Positions 9,589 to 22,493 of a stretch of DNA of 64,000 bases are shown here, one piece after another. Positions within the stretch are counted from its first letter, which is position 1. Every line of letters starts with the position of its first letter. The position numbers and the translations under genes are program-made. Source of the stretch: Eledone cirrhosa (taxonomy: Eukaryota). The stretch covers positions 149,916,001-149,980,000 of the forward strand of contig OZ024741.1 of the NCBI GenBank assembly GCA_964016885.1, written 5' to 3'. The notes under the pieces were generated by a model. The model made no database searches. It was given only the letters and a program-made list of their open reading frames with translations, and had not been told where the DNA came from.

Positions 9589-12511
9589 CATCCTCAAACA
9601 GTTAATCGGCCGATTTGACCTGGCCGATAGATATCGACTAGATTTTCCGACTGTGCCACTGTGGATGTGGACTAATCGTAGCGGAACATCTAGATCGTAC
9701 CTAGATAGGTTCTAGTTAGAAATAAGGATAGGGACATGTTAAGCTGTCCACAAATGTTCATGGTTGCCTATTCAGATCACAAACTAGTGACCTGCATGGT
9801 CAACCTTGATAGAACCCATAGACAAGGACCCGGCTACTGGAAGCTGAACTTGTCGTTACCGACATGCAAAGCCTACAGTAGACGGATTAGCACTTTAGTT
9901 AAACAGCACTTGACAGGGGCCATTGTCAACAACAGATGGTGGTACTCTCTCAAGAGGGCAGTTAGATTAGACTCGTTAGTTTTTAGTAAAGAATTAGCGT
10001 TAGATAGAAATAGAATCGAGAAGGAATTGGTAGATAAAGTAGAAGAGGCAATTAGAAGTGGCAACGTAGCCAGCGTGCTAGCAACGAAAACGGCTTTGGA
10101 CCAGTTCTTCGACGCAAAGCACGAGGGCTGCGTTGTCAGAAGCAAAATACGTGCTCTGGGAAACGAGGGAGCCAAAGCTGTTAGTTGGGCCCGAGTGACG
10201 GAGGCAAAAAGTGGCAACAAGTCCACGATTCGGTTTTTGAAGGACCAAAACGGACGCGTGATACATGAGCCGAAGCAGATGTGTGCGACCTTTCAGCGGC
10301 ACTTTGCTCAACTGTTCGGGCAGGGCGACGCGCCGGGAGGGGCTATGGATTTTGGTCCATACCTCGACGGCCTACCGCGACTCTCGGACAGTGAGGCAAA
10401 GTTCTGCGAAAAGCCGATTTCGGCCGCTGAGATAGGGGACGCGCTGAGCCAATGCGGCAAATGCAAATCTCCAGGTCTCGACGGTCTACCCTACGAATTT
10501 TACGTAGCAATGCCGGACTTATTCTCTAGTCTCCTGGAAGCGGTCTACTGCAACTGGCAACAGAACGGGAGAATTCCCAGTTCTGTGACTGGGGGCGTAA
10601 TCACACTAGTCAGGAAGGACTAGAATAAGGGGGGTGACATAGGCAACTTCCGGCCCATAACTCTGCTAAACACAGAGTTACAGATTTTGGCCAAGGTGTT
10701 GGCAAAAAGGCTGGCGCTTGTCGTCGAAAACCTGGTGGGCGAAGCGCAGACATGCGCAATCCCGACCAGGTCCATACACGACAACCTCCACCTCATGCGA
10801 TACATCATAGAGAGGGTAGGGTGTAAACTCGGCTTCGGTGGGGCCCTGATCAATTTGGATTAGTCTAAGGCTTTCGATAGGGTTGACCATCGTTACCTGG
10901 ATGCGGTGCTCGAGGCGGAAGACTTCGGATCCGTGTTCAGGGGCTGGATTGCTGCAATGCACAACAGCAACATCTGCTCAAGGGTCAAGGTGAACGGCTA
11001 CTTCTCGGAGCCGTTCGATATCACGCGATCCATTCGATAGGGATTCCTTCTCTCCTCCCTTCTGTACGTACTGACTCTCGAGCCACTACTGCGGAAGTTG
11101 GAGCTATTGCAGGGCATCCCTCTGGAACCGGGACTGCGGAAAGCGGCATCGGCCTACGCTGACGACGTGACAGTAATGGTGTCGAGCGCCTCGCAAATCG
11201 AGGAAGTCGGCACCTTACTGAAGGAATACGAAAGGTTCACAGGAGCGAAGCTGAACCGGAACAAGTCCATCGGTTTGCAACTCGGATCGTGGAGAGGCAA
11301 ACCGATGCCTTCCGATGGCGTCGTCGGACGCTGGACGGAAGGACCGGTAAAGCTGCTCGTGGTCTGGTTTGGTCCGGACCTCCAGGTGGAGAAGAACTGG
11401 AACGAGGTGACGGCCAAGGTGTTTGCACTCACCCAGAAGTGGGCCGAGTGCAAACTATCCTTGAAAAGTCGAGCGGAGGTGGCGAACACTTTTATAGCGT
11501 TCGCCATCTACTACCGCTTGACCGTCGTGCCTTGTCCAGCCAAAACGCTCACCAACATGGAGCGCGCGCTCTTCCAATTCCTTTGGAAGAGGTGGGCTCC
11601 TTTGGTGAGAAGATCCATCTGCTGCCAACACCCTTCCAACACACTGCCAACACGCGCTCAGGCTGCGGCATCTCTACGTATTCCTCACCGGACAACCGGT
11701 GTGGGCCCCGTTTGTGAGGCGAGCCTTCCCACGACCCGTCTTGCTGACCGAGCTGCAGTCCTGGGTCAAGCAAAGACCGAGGAAAATGGGCGAATGGCAC
11801 ATCGAATGTGCTCAGGCGCTCACAGCCCTCTGGCAAGCGGACCCGGCGATCAGTGGAGACTCCACTGCGTCATTCTATAGAGGGTTGATCCGCAGCAAGT
11901 GCGACGATGTGCTCGGTGAAACTCTAGGCGTAGAGGAAGACGAACTGGCCAGTCTGTTCGGTAGGACCTTCCGCCCGGGACCGATGGACAACTTCCAAAA
12001 GTCCCTGGCCTGGCAGTGCTACCGAGGAGCTCTACCAGTTCGTGACAAGCTCTACAGACATGGGCGCCCGGGCAGGGACCCTGTAAAAAAGATATGTCCG
12101 AGATGCGTGCGAGACGAAGAAACCGTCGCGCACGCATTCATACACTGCCCGGGCGTCACTGACCTGTGGGGATATGTAGAACGACTATTGTCGCGGGTGG
12201 GACCAATCTAGTTGACCACCGAGTCCATTGTCATGATCAAACCGCCACCCTCCTTCAAAAACGAAGGAGAGGCGGTTTTCCTTTGTGTGATAGCTATGGC
12301 GAAAGAGGTTGTATGGTGGACAAGGTTGAAAGGGCTGAGGTCAGACACCTTTCTCTCCGGCCAACAACTGATTCTTTTTTTCAAATACCACTTTGGAAGA
12401 AGAATCAGGATGGAGAGAGAGGTGCTGTACCGCAGCAAGTTTTATGAAAGGTGGGTGAAAGTGGCGAGAATGGCCCGAGTGAATGGGCCTTCTCTCTATA
12501 TCAGCCTGTAG
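9067..12511 (+). pseudogene. Copy 2 ORF2 (APE-RT-ZF), disrupted; start codon position reads ACG
   Basis: GDWN, SDH, PGLDG, YADD, CPRC..H....C motifs across several ORF fragments; (GT)n expansion at 9541-9586. Confidence 0.92.
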
Positions 12512-12749
12512 ATTGAGGAAAAGGAGGAGGAGAGGAAAGGAGTACAAGCTCTTCGTACTCCTGGAGATGAGGGTTGCACATTTTTTCGGGGGTATGTGTT
12601 ACCCATATAAACTGTCTCCCTCTATTGGGGAAAATCGACTAACTTTTAAATTCCATCTGTGATAACATTTTACACGTTTTTATTGTATGTAAACTTCCCC
12701 CTTTGTATTTGTCCCCTTCTTTTGTGCCCCTGTGGCTAATAAAGAAATA

Positions 12750-12784
<35 letters not shown>

Positions 12785-12994
12785 TTATCTCGGAGAAGAT
12801 TGACGTGTTTTTGTTTCGCTCCTGCATTTTGTCGGAATTTATTACGAGAAGCGGTAGGTTTGTTTAAGAAACTTGTTATTTGTTGTGTTTAACCCCTCGC
12901 CTGGGCCTGCAGACGTTGGGTAAAATAAATTTCGCCCCTTTTTGGGGCGAAATTTAATAGTTATAAGTTGTCGATAAAAAGTCGTTTAGTGACA

Positions 12995-14822
12995 ATGGGC
13001 GCCATTAATACGACACATGCCACGCCCCCCAAGGAAAGTGATAGAGAGAAGGTAGCAGCACAACGCTGTAAACCTTCCCTCCTCACTCCCGCAAAAGACA
13101 CCACGAAATCAAAAGAAAAAATTGTGGAAATGGGTGAAAACCCCCAAAGTAACAATTACACAAACAAGAACAACAATGACAATAACAACACAACCAACAA
13201 CAGCAACAATGACAATAACAACATAACCAACAACAGCAATAATGACAACACCAACAAAGGAAAAAAGCAAGCCAACACGAATAACAACAACAACAATGAT
13301 AACAACACGAAAGAAAACGGACCCACATCTGCAGACTCCTTCGCACAGGCGGTCCGAGAAACGCAGGCATACAAGGCACTGGACATCTCGAATGCCAAGA
13401 AATTGCTGAAAGAAGCAAGGAATTGTGTAACTTTCGGGGAAGGTGGGTAATTCACAATTACCTCCCCCGAAGAAATTAGAAGGGACACAGTCCTCAGGAC
13501 CGTAATCTTTAGGACAGTTTCCAACACGACTAGGAAACCGGCTCAATTGTCCCAAAGTGAAATTGAGCTGGTTCTAAGTAGTGCTCGAAAGGATATCGCT
13601 TTCATACAGAAAGGGAAACTGTATGGAAGCATATCTGTTTTAATGCAAGATGAATTGGCGGCACGGAAATATTCTGTGTCGCCAATTGTATCCAAAGCAT
13701 ACACCTTTTTCCCCACATATTTGGGGAAAAGAACTCAAAAGATAAAAATCTCGGGCATCAGGCCAAATGCGAGCATTTGGTGGGTGCTAACGGGATTCTT
13801 AGAAGATGAGGACACAATCCTTTCGATAGGCGAATCCACCGGGGGCGTATTCGGCGGTAATGGCCTTGAAGTTCTGGTCCAAATGAGACCAGAACGGATA
13901 ACAAGAATACCGCAGCGTGTGTCCCTGGATGGAGTCGCCTTCATAAACATTTCTGTTGAGGGCAGGCGACCTTCATGCTACCACTGTTCAAGAAGAGGTC
14001 ACCTGAGGGCTTCCGGTCCCCTTTTAAATGCCCCCCCAAAAAGACGCTTCTGCCCACTCCATATACACCACCACCACCACCACCACCACCACCACCACCA
14101 CCACCACCACCACCACAACAACAACACGAAAAGATAACAACACAAGACACTGTCCCACCCAACCCCTCCCCACCTAAAACAAATACAAAAGCAACCACAA
14201 CAAAACCCCAAAATATACCCCTCCCCAACAACACGGACGCGGACCCCTTATGAACGTCACCCAGTGACGAAGAGGGAAAACCCTTTCAACCTGTAAAAAG
14301 AAAGAAAAGAAGGCACCCCATTAACAAAAATACAACAAACACACAACCACCAGCACAAACAGAACAAACATCATAAACAAAAAAACCCACCCCTCCCGAA
14401 AACATAACACATACTACAAAACGCAAACACACACAAGAATAACAAACAAAAACAATCACAACACAAAAACAGTATACATACATCAACACAAACAACAAAC
14501 ACTTGTGCAAACAATAGACAAAGACCCTTCGGTGGAAACCGAAGGGAAAATGTTCACCAATGCGGCGACTAAAGCGCATTTAAAAAAGATTAGGGTCCCA
14601 AGGGACACCTACGCAATGCTCAAACAGAACTTTCCCGAGGACGTGGGAACCCCTGTACTAGACCTAGCAACCGCGTCCTCTTGAAATGTTTCCCCACCAA
14701 ACACCCCCACCCCACCACACACTGATGTCCCCACCACATCCCTAACCACCACCCCACCAAACAACCCCTCCAACAACCCCATGGAAATTGTGCAGCCTGG
14801 TCCCCAGGAGAAGGACAGGTAG
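12995..14822 (+). pseudogene. Copy 3 ORF1, disrupted
   Basis: LDISNAKKLLKEA; CYHCSRRGHLRASG (last Cys lost); ends MEIVQPGPQEKDR*. Confidence 0.8.
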
Positions 14823-14844
14823 GTGTCTTTTCCTTTTTCTCCAC

Positions 14845-17800
14845 TCTGGGCCTCGCAACACGGAATGTACACCTGGACCCGGATGGTCGACTGCTGGTTC
14901 TAGACGTAGGTAGTAGTGAAGGTGGAGCCTTCAGGCTGGTGGCAGCGTATGCCCCATCTGGGACACCGCGACCGGACTTCTTCCAACGCCTAGAGACATT
15001 TCTGGGAACGTCTCGCTCCTTGCTTTTAGTGGGGGACTGGAATGGTATCCTGGATGCACGTTGGGACTATGTAGGGACATGTCCCGATAGAGGGGTGTGT
15101 AACAGCCTCAAACGGTTAATCGGCCGATTTGATCTGGCCGATAGATATCGACTAGATTTTCGGACTGTGCCACGGTGGACGTGGACTAATCGCAGCGGAA
15201 CATCTAGGTCGTACCTAGATAGGTTCCTAGTTAGAAATAAGGATAGGGACATATTAAGCTGTCCACGAATGTTCATGGTTGACTATTCGGATCACAAGTT
15301 GGTGACCGGAGTGGTCAACCTTGATAGAACCCATAGAGAAGGACCCGGTTACTGGAAGCTAAACTTGTTCTTACCGACAAACAAAGCTTATAGTAAGCGG
15401 ATTAGCACTCTAGTTAAGCAGCGGTTGACGGGAGCAATTGTCAACAACAGGTGGTGGGGCTCTCTCAAGAGAGAAATTAGAATAGAAACAATAGGTTTTA
15501 GTCAGGAATTAGCATCAGATAGGAATAGAACTGAAAGGGAATTAGATAGCTAAAGTAGAAGAAGCGATTAGGAGGGGCAACGTGGCCGGCGTGCTGGCGT
15601 CAAGAACGGCCCTAGACCAGTTCTTTGACGCGAAGCACGAGGGCTGTGTTGTCAGGAGTAAAATACGTGCTCTGGGTAACGGGGGAGCCAAAGCTGTTAG
15701 CTGGGCCCGAGTGACAGAGGCAAAAAGTGAAAACAAGTTCACGATTCAGTCTTTGAAGGACCAGGATGGACGTGTGATCCTTGAACCTGAGCGGATGTGC
15801 GCGGCCTTTCAACGGCGCTTTGCACGACTGTTCGGGAAGGGCAGCGGGCCGGGTGAGGCCATGAATTTCGGTCCATACCTCGACGGTCTGCCGCGGCTCT
15901 CGGACGGGGAGTCAAAGTCCTGCGAAAGGCCGATTTCAGCCGCTGAAATAGGGGAAGCGCTGAGCCAATGCGGCAAACGCAAATCTCCCGGTCTCGATGG
16001 TCTACCATACAAACTGTAAGTAGCGATGCCGGACTTGTTCTCCGATCTCCTCGAGGCGGTCTACTGCAACTGGCAACAGAACGGGAGAATACCCAGCTCT
16101 GTGACCAAGGGCGTAGTCACGCTGGTGAGGAAGGACGATAACAAGGGGGATGACATAGATAACTTCAGGCCCATAACTCTGCTAAACACAGAGTTAAAGA
16201 TTTTGGCCAAGGTGTTAGCGAAGAGGTTGACGCTTGTCGTCGGGAACTTGGTGGGAGAAGCGCAGACATGTGCAATGCCGTCCAGGTCCATACACGACAA
16301 CCTCCACTTCATGCGATACATCGTAGAGAGGGTAGGGAACGAACCCGGCTTAGATAGGGCCCTGATCAACTTGGATCAATCTAAGGCGTTCGATAGGGTC
16401 GACCATCGGTACCTGGATGCGGTGCTTGCGGCGGCAGGCTTCGAACCCGTTTTCAAGGGCTGGATTGCTGCAATGCACAGCAGCAACACCTGCTCGAGGG
16501 TCAAGGTGAACGGCTACCTCTCGGAGCCGTTCTAAATCGCGTGATCAATTCGATAGGGATGCCCTCTCTCCTCCCTTCTGTATATGCTGGCTCTCGAGTC
16601 ACTACTGCGGAAGTTGGAGCTATTGCAGGAATCCCCTTGGAACCGGGATTGCGGAAAGCGGTCTCGGCCTACGCCGATGACGTGACAGTAATGGTGCCGC
16701 GCGCCTCGGAAATCGTGCAGATCGGCACCTTACTGGAGGAATACGAAAGGTTTACAGGAGCCAAGCTGAACCGGGACAAGTCCGTCGGTTTGCAACTCGG
16801 AACGTGGAGAGGCAAACCGATGCGCTCCGACGACGACATCGGACGCTGGACGGAGGGACCGGTGAAGCTGCTCGGGGTCTGGTTCGGATCGGACCTCCAG
16901 GTGGAGAAAAACTGGGACGAGATAACGGGCAGGGTGTTTGCACTCGCCCCAAAATGGGACGAGTGCAAACTATCCCTGAAAGGTCGAGCGGAGGTGGCGA
17001 ACACTTATATAGCGTCCGTCATCTACTACTGCTTGACCGTCGTGCCTTGCCCAGCGAAAACGCTCACCAAAATGGTGCGCGCGCTCTTCCGATTCCTTTG
17101 GAAGAAGCGGGCCCCTTTGGTGAGAAGATCCATCTGCTGTCAACACCCTTCGAACGGAGGGCTGGGGATGCCGTGGCTGACGATGCGTAGACACTCATTA
17201 AGGCTACGGCACCTCCAGGTATTCCTCACCGGTCAGCCGGTGTGGACCCCTTTTGTGAGGCGAGCCTTTCCAAGACTCATCTCACTCACCGAGCTGCAAT
17301 CCTAGGTCAAGCAAAGACCGAGAAAAGTGGGCTTCTGGCACATTGAATGTGCCCAGGCGCTCACGGCCCTTTGACAAGCGGATCCGGCAATCAGTGGAGA
17401 CTCAACCTCAACATTCTATAGAGGACTGGTGCGCAGCAAGTGCTACGACGCTCTCGGAGAGGCTCTGGGCATGGAGAAAGACGAGCTAGCCAGTCTGTTC
17501 GGTAGGACGTTTGGCCCGGGACCGATGGACAACTTCCAAAAGTCCCTGGCTTGGCAGTGCTACCGAGGAGCTCTACTCGTTCAGGACAAGCTCTACAGAC
17601 ACAGGCGCCCGGGTAGGGACCCCTCGAAGAAGATCTGTCCGAGATGCGTGCGTGACGAGGAAACCGTCGCGCACGCATTCGTACACTGCCCGGGTGTTGC
17701 TGACCTGTGGGGCTATGTGGAACGACTATTGTCGCGGGTGGGACCAATCCGGTTGACCACCGAGTACATTGTCACGATCAAACCGCCTCCCTCCTTCAAA

Positions 17801-18052
17801 AACGAAGGAGAGGCGGTTTTCCTCTGTGTGACAGCTATGGCGAAAGAGGTTGTATGGTGGACTAGGTTGAAATGGCTGAGGTCAGACACTTTTCTCTCCG
17901 GCCAACAACTGGTCCTTTTTTTCAAGTATCATTTTAGAAGAAGGATCAAAATGGAGAGAAAGGTGCTCTACCTCAGCAAGTTTTATGAAAGGTGGGTGAA
18001 AGTGGCGAGAATGGCCCGAGTGAATGGGTCTTCTCTCTATATCAGCCTGTAG
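14845..18052 (+). pseudogene. Copy 3 ORF2 (APE-RT-ZF), N-terminus deleted, disrupted
   Basis: Inter-ORF spacer is joined directly to LGLATRNVHLDP; GDWN, SDH, DQSKAFD, YADD and CPRC motifs are present. Confidence 0.92.
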
Positions 18053-18300
18053 GTGAGAGAGGAGGAGAAGGAGGAGAGGAAGGGAGCACCCGTTCTTTGT
18101 GCTCCTGAGGAGGAGGGTTGCACATTTTTTTCGGGGGTGTGTGCGACCTACGTCAACGCCCTCTCCCTATTGAGGACTTCGATTGTTGAATTTGATTTGT
18201 TATATGTTTTTACACGTCCTTTAAAATGTATGTAACCCCCCTCCCCCCTTGTATTTGTCCCAATCTTTGATGACCTGGTGGCAAATAAATAGAAAGTTAC

Positions 18301-18370
<70 letters not shown>

Positions 18371-18372
<2 letters not shown>

Positions 18373-21300
18373 AAAGAGGACGTGGGTCCCCCCTGCGTCG
18401 GGTCCATTAATCGTGTCCTTCTAAAAAACTACCCCTCCCCCTCCCCAAACACCCACACAACTTCAAACACCCCAACCACACAACACACTGATGCCCCTAC
18501 ACTTCCACAACCCCCCTCCCCCCCACCCAACCCCCCCCCACCCTAATGGAAATTGTGCAGCCCGATACCCGGGACGCAGAGAGGTAAGTGCCTTTTCTCT
18601 TCACCACCAACATGGCTATGCTAAGAGTAGGCTGTTTAAATGCGCGTGGCCTGGGCTCAACTTGGAAGAAGCAATGCTTCTAAATGACCTCAGGTCACAA
18701 CGTATAGATGTGATGGTTATTTGCGAGGCCCGGATCAGCAACGTGCGACAGCTGGCCCCCACCTTTGATGACTTTGAGATGCACGCATCTCTCTGTCAGC
18801 CCGGAGGTGGGGGTGGGGTTGTCGTTCTGCTGCAAAAACATCTGGGTCTCGCAACACAGATGGTACATTTGGACCCGGAGGGTCGACTAGTGGTTCTGAA
18901 CCTTGGCAGTGGTGAAGGCGGAGCGTTTAGGTTGTTAGCCGCCTACGGCCCTTTCGGGTCAATGCGGCCGGACTTCTTCCATCGTCTGGAGACTTTTCTA
19001 GGGACGTCCCGCTCCTTGCTATTAGTGGGGGACTGGAATGGTATCCTAGATGCACGCTGGGACTACGTAGGGGCCTGTCTCGATAGAGAGGGGTGTAATA
19101 GCCTCAAAGGGTTAATCGGTCGATTTGATCTGGCCGATAGATATCGACTAGATTTTCCGACTGCGCCAACCTGGACTTGGGCAAATCGTAGCGGATCATC
19201 TAGGTCGTACCTAGATAGGTTCTTAGTTAGAATTAAGGATAAGGACTTTTTAAGTCGTCCAAAAATGCGCATGGTTGGCTATTCAGACCACAAGTTAGTG
19301 ACCTGCATGGTCAACCTTGACAGAACTCATAGACAGGGACCCGGTTACTGGAAGCTCAACTCGTCCTTACCGGCAAGTAAGGCTTACAGGGACCGGATTA
19401 GCACTTTAGTTAAGGAGCGGTTGACGGGCGCCATCGTCAACAGCAGGTGGTGGGGATCTCTCAAAAGAGAGATTAGAGTAGTCTCTATAGAATTTAGTAA
19501 GGAGTTAGCCTCAAATAGAAATAGGAAGGAAAGGGAGTTGGTAGATAGTGTAGAAGAGGCAATTAGAAGCGGCGACGTGGCCAGAGTGCTAGCGTCGAGA
19601 ACGGCCCTGGGCCAGTTCTTCAACGCGAAACACGAAGGCTGCATCGTCCGAAGCAAAATACGTGCTCTGGGAAACGAGGGGACCAAAGCTGTTAGCTGGG
19701 CCCGCGTGACAGAAGCCAAAAGAGGGAGCAGATCCACTATCCGGTCTTTGCGAGACCAGGATGGACGGGTGATCCTTGAACCTAAGCAGATGTGCGAGGC
19801 TTTTCAAAAGCACTTTGCCGGATTGTTCGGAAGAGGCGAGGAGCCGGTTGGGGATGTGGACCTCGGTCCATACCTCGACGGCCTGCCGCGTCTCTCGGAC
19901 AGGGAGGCGAAGTCCTTCGATGAGCCGATTTCAGCCGCTGAGATAGAGGACGTGCTGAGCCAATGCGGCAAACGCAAATCCCCGGGTCTCGATGATCTTC
20001 CATACGAACTATATCTAGCTATGCCGGACTTGTTCCCCGATCTCCTCGAGGCGGTCTACTGCAACTGGCAACAGAACGGGAGAATTCCCTGTGCTTTGAC
20101 CAAGGGCGTAGTCACGCTAGTGAGGAAGGACGAGAACAAGGGGGACGATATAAATAATTTCAGGCCCATAACTCTGCTAAATACAGAGTTACAGATTTTG
20201 GCCAAGGTGCTAGCAAAGAGGTTGGCGCTTGTCGTGGGCAACCTGGTGGGAGATGCGCAGACATGTGCTATCCCGTCCAGGTCCATCCACGACAACCTCC
20301 ACCTCATGCGATACATCATAGAGAGGGTTGGGAACGAACCCGGCTTTGGTGGGGCCCTGATCAACTTGGATCAATCTAAGGCATTCGATAGGGTCGACCA
20401 TGGTTACCTGGATGCGGTGCTAGCGGCGGCAGGCTTCGGACCCGTTTTCAGGGGCTGGATCAATGCCATGCACAGCAGCCGCATCTGCTCTAGGGTCAAG
20501 GTGCTCCGAGAGGTAGCCGTTCGAAATCGCGCGGTCCATCCGACAGGGGTGCCCTCTCTCATCCCTTCTGTATGTAATGACTCTAGAGCCACTGCTGCGG
20601 AAGTTGGAGTTGTTGCAGGGCATCCCGTTGGAACCGGGATTGCGGAAAGCGGTGTCGGCCTACGCCGACGACGTAACAGTAATGGTGTCTACGGCCTCGG
20701 AAATCGGGGCGATCGGCACCTTACTGGAGGAGTACGAAAGGTTTACAGGGGCTAAGCTGAACCGGGACAAGTCGATCGGTCTGCAACTCGGCACGTGGAG
20801 GGGCAGATCGATGCCCTCCGATGGCGTCGTCGGGCGCTGGACGGAGGGCCCGGTGAAGTTGCTCGGGGTCTGGTTCGGACCGGACCTCCAGGTGGAGAAA
20901 AACTGGGGTGAGGTAACGAACAGGGTGTTTGCACTGACCCAGAAGTGGGCCGAGTGCAAACTGTCCCTGAAAGGTCGGGCGGAGGTGGCGAACACTTATA
21001 TAGCGTCCGTCATCTACTACCGCCTGACCGTTGTGCCTTGCCCAAGGGAAACGCTCGCCAAAATGGAGCGCGCACTCTTCCAATTCCTTTGGAAGAAGCG
21101 GGCTCCTATGGTGAGGAGATCCATCTGCTGTCAACACCCTTCGAAAGGAGGGCTGGGGATGCCGTGGCTAATGATACGTAAACACGCATTAAGGCTACGG
21201 CACCTCCAGGTATTCCTCTCCGGTCAACCGGTGTGGGTCCCGTTTGTGAGGCGAGCCTTTCCTAGACTCGTCTCACTCACCGAGCTGCAATCTTGGGTCA

Positions 21301-22266
21301 AGCAAAGACCGAGAAAACTGGGCGCCTGGCACACCGAGTGTGCCCAGGCGCTCACGGCTCTCTGGCAGGCGGACCCGACTGTCAGTGGAGAATCCACCTC
21401 GTCATTCTATAGAGGGCTGGTGGTTAGCAGGTGCGACGACGCCCTCGGAGAATCCCTAGGCATGGAGGAAGACGAACTGGCCAACCTGTTCGGTAGGACA
21501 TTCAGCCCGGGACCCATGGATAACTTCCAGAGGTCCCTGGCCTGGCAGTGTTACAGAAGGACTCTGCCCGTTCGAGAAAGGCTCTACAGACACGAGCGCC
21601 CGGGTAGGGACCCCTCGAAAAAGATCTGTCCCAGATGCGTGTGCGACGAGGAAACCGTTGCACACGCATTGGTACACTGCTTGGGCATTGCTGATCTGTG
21701 GGGCTATGTCGAACAACTGCTGTCAAGGGTGGGACCGATGCGGTTGACCACCGAGTCTATTGTAACGATCAAGCCGCCTCCCCTCTTCAAAAACGAAGGA
21801 GAGGCGGTGTTTCTGTGCGTAATAGCCATAGCGAAAGAGGTTGTATGGTGGACGCCTCTGAAAGGACTGAGGTCAGACACCTTTCTCTCTGGCCAACAAC
21901 TGGTCCGTTTCTTCCGATATCATTTCGGAAGAAGGATCAGGATGGAGAGAGAGGTGCTGCACCCTAGCCGTTTTTATGAAAGATGGGTGAAAGTGGCGCG
22001 AATGGCCCGTGTGAATGGACCTTCACTCTACATCAGACTATAGGTGAGGAAGATGAAAGACCAAGGGAGCACCCCTTCTCTGTGCTCCTGAGGAAAAGGG
22101 TTGCACACTTTTTTTGAGGATTTTGTTATAAATTTTATTCTGTTATATTTTATTTTATTTTTATATTTTGTTATTGCCTCCTCCTTATTGAGGACGCCTT
22201 GTTTTGTAAACTCCCCCCATTGTACTTGTCCCACTTTTGATGCCCCGGTGGCAAATAAAAGAAACA
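18371..22266 (+). mobile_element. Tx1/L1-clade retrotransposon copy 4 (5'-truncated within the ORF1 C-terminus)
   Basis: Begins at the EDVGPPC..INRVLLK block right after (TATC)n; AATAAA at 22254; (TATC)n 22267-22291. Confidence 0.92.
18612..22043 (+). pseudogene. Copy 4 ORF2 (APE-RT-ZF), lightly disrupted
   Basis: ATG at 18612 (MAMLRVGCLNARG); frameshift near 18670; micro-inversion and frameshift at 20501-20523; ORFs 18491-20755 and 20577-22043 carry all motifs. Confidence 0.93.
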
Positions 22267-22493
22267 TATCTATCTATCTATCTATCTATCTTGATAGAGT
22301 AAGACACGCTTCACATCGGCTCCGCTATTCCATCGGGATTTACCCTTACTATTGTAAGTACCGGATAAATTTTTCAGTGCAACACATTTGGAACACTAAC
22401 CCCTGTTTTTTAGGGAAACATTTTTGCATTTACCCCCTTTTAAGGGGGTAAAATAAATATCTATTTTTGCCGAAAAATTTCTTTCTTGGCAGC

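Larger units (their letters stand above)
6914..12748 (+). mobile_element. Tx1/L1-clade retrotransposon copy 2 (full length, decayed)
   Basis: Starts after (TATC)n 6889-6913; AATAAA at 12738; followed by (TATC)n 12749-12790. Confidence 0.92.
12791..18300 (+). mobile_element. Tx1/L1-clade retrotransposon copy 3 (full length with internal deletion)
   Basis: Bounded by (TATC)n 12749-12790 and 18301-18370; AATAAA at 18284. Confidence 0.92.

Noticed and set aside
18053-18235. Possible ORF3 or read-through extension after the ORF2 stop
   Set aside because: The frame is not kept in copies 4 and 5; conservation is better explained by RNA hairpins.
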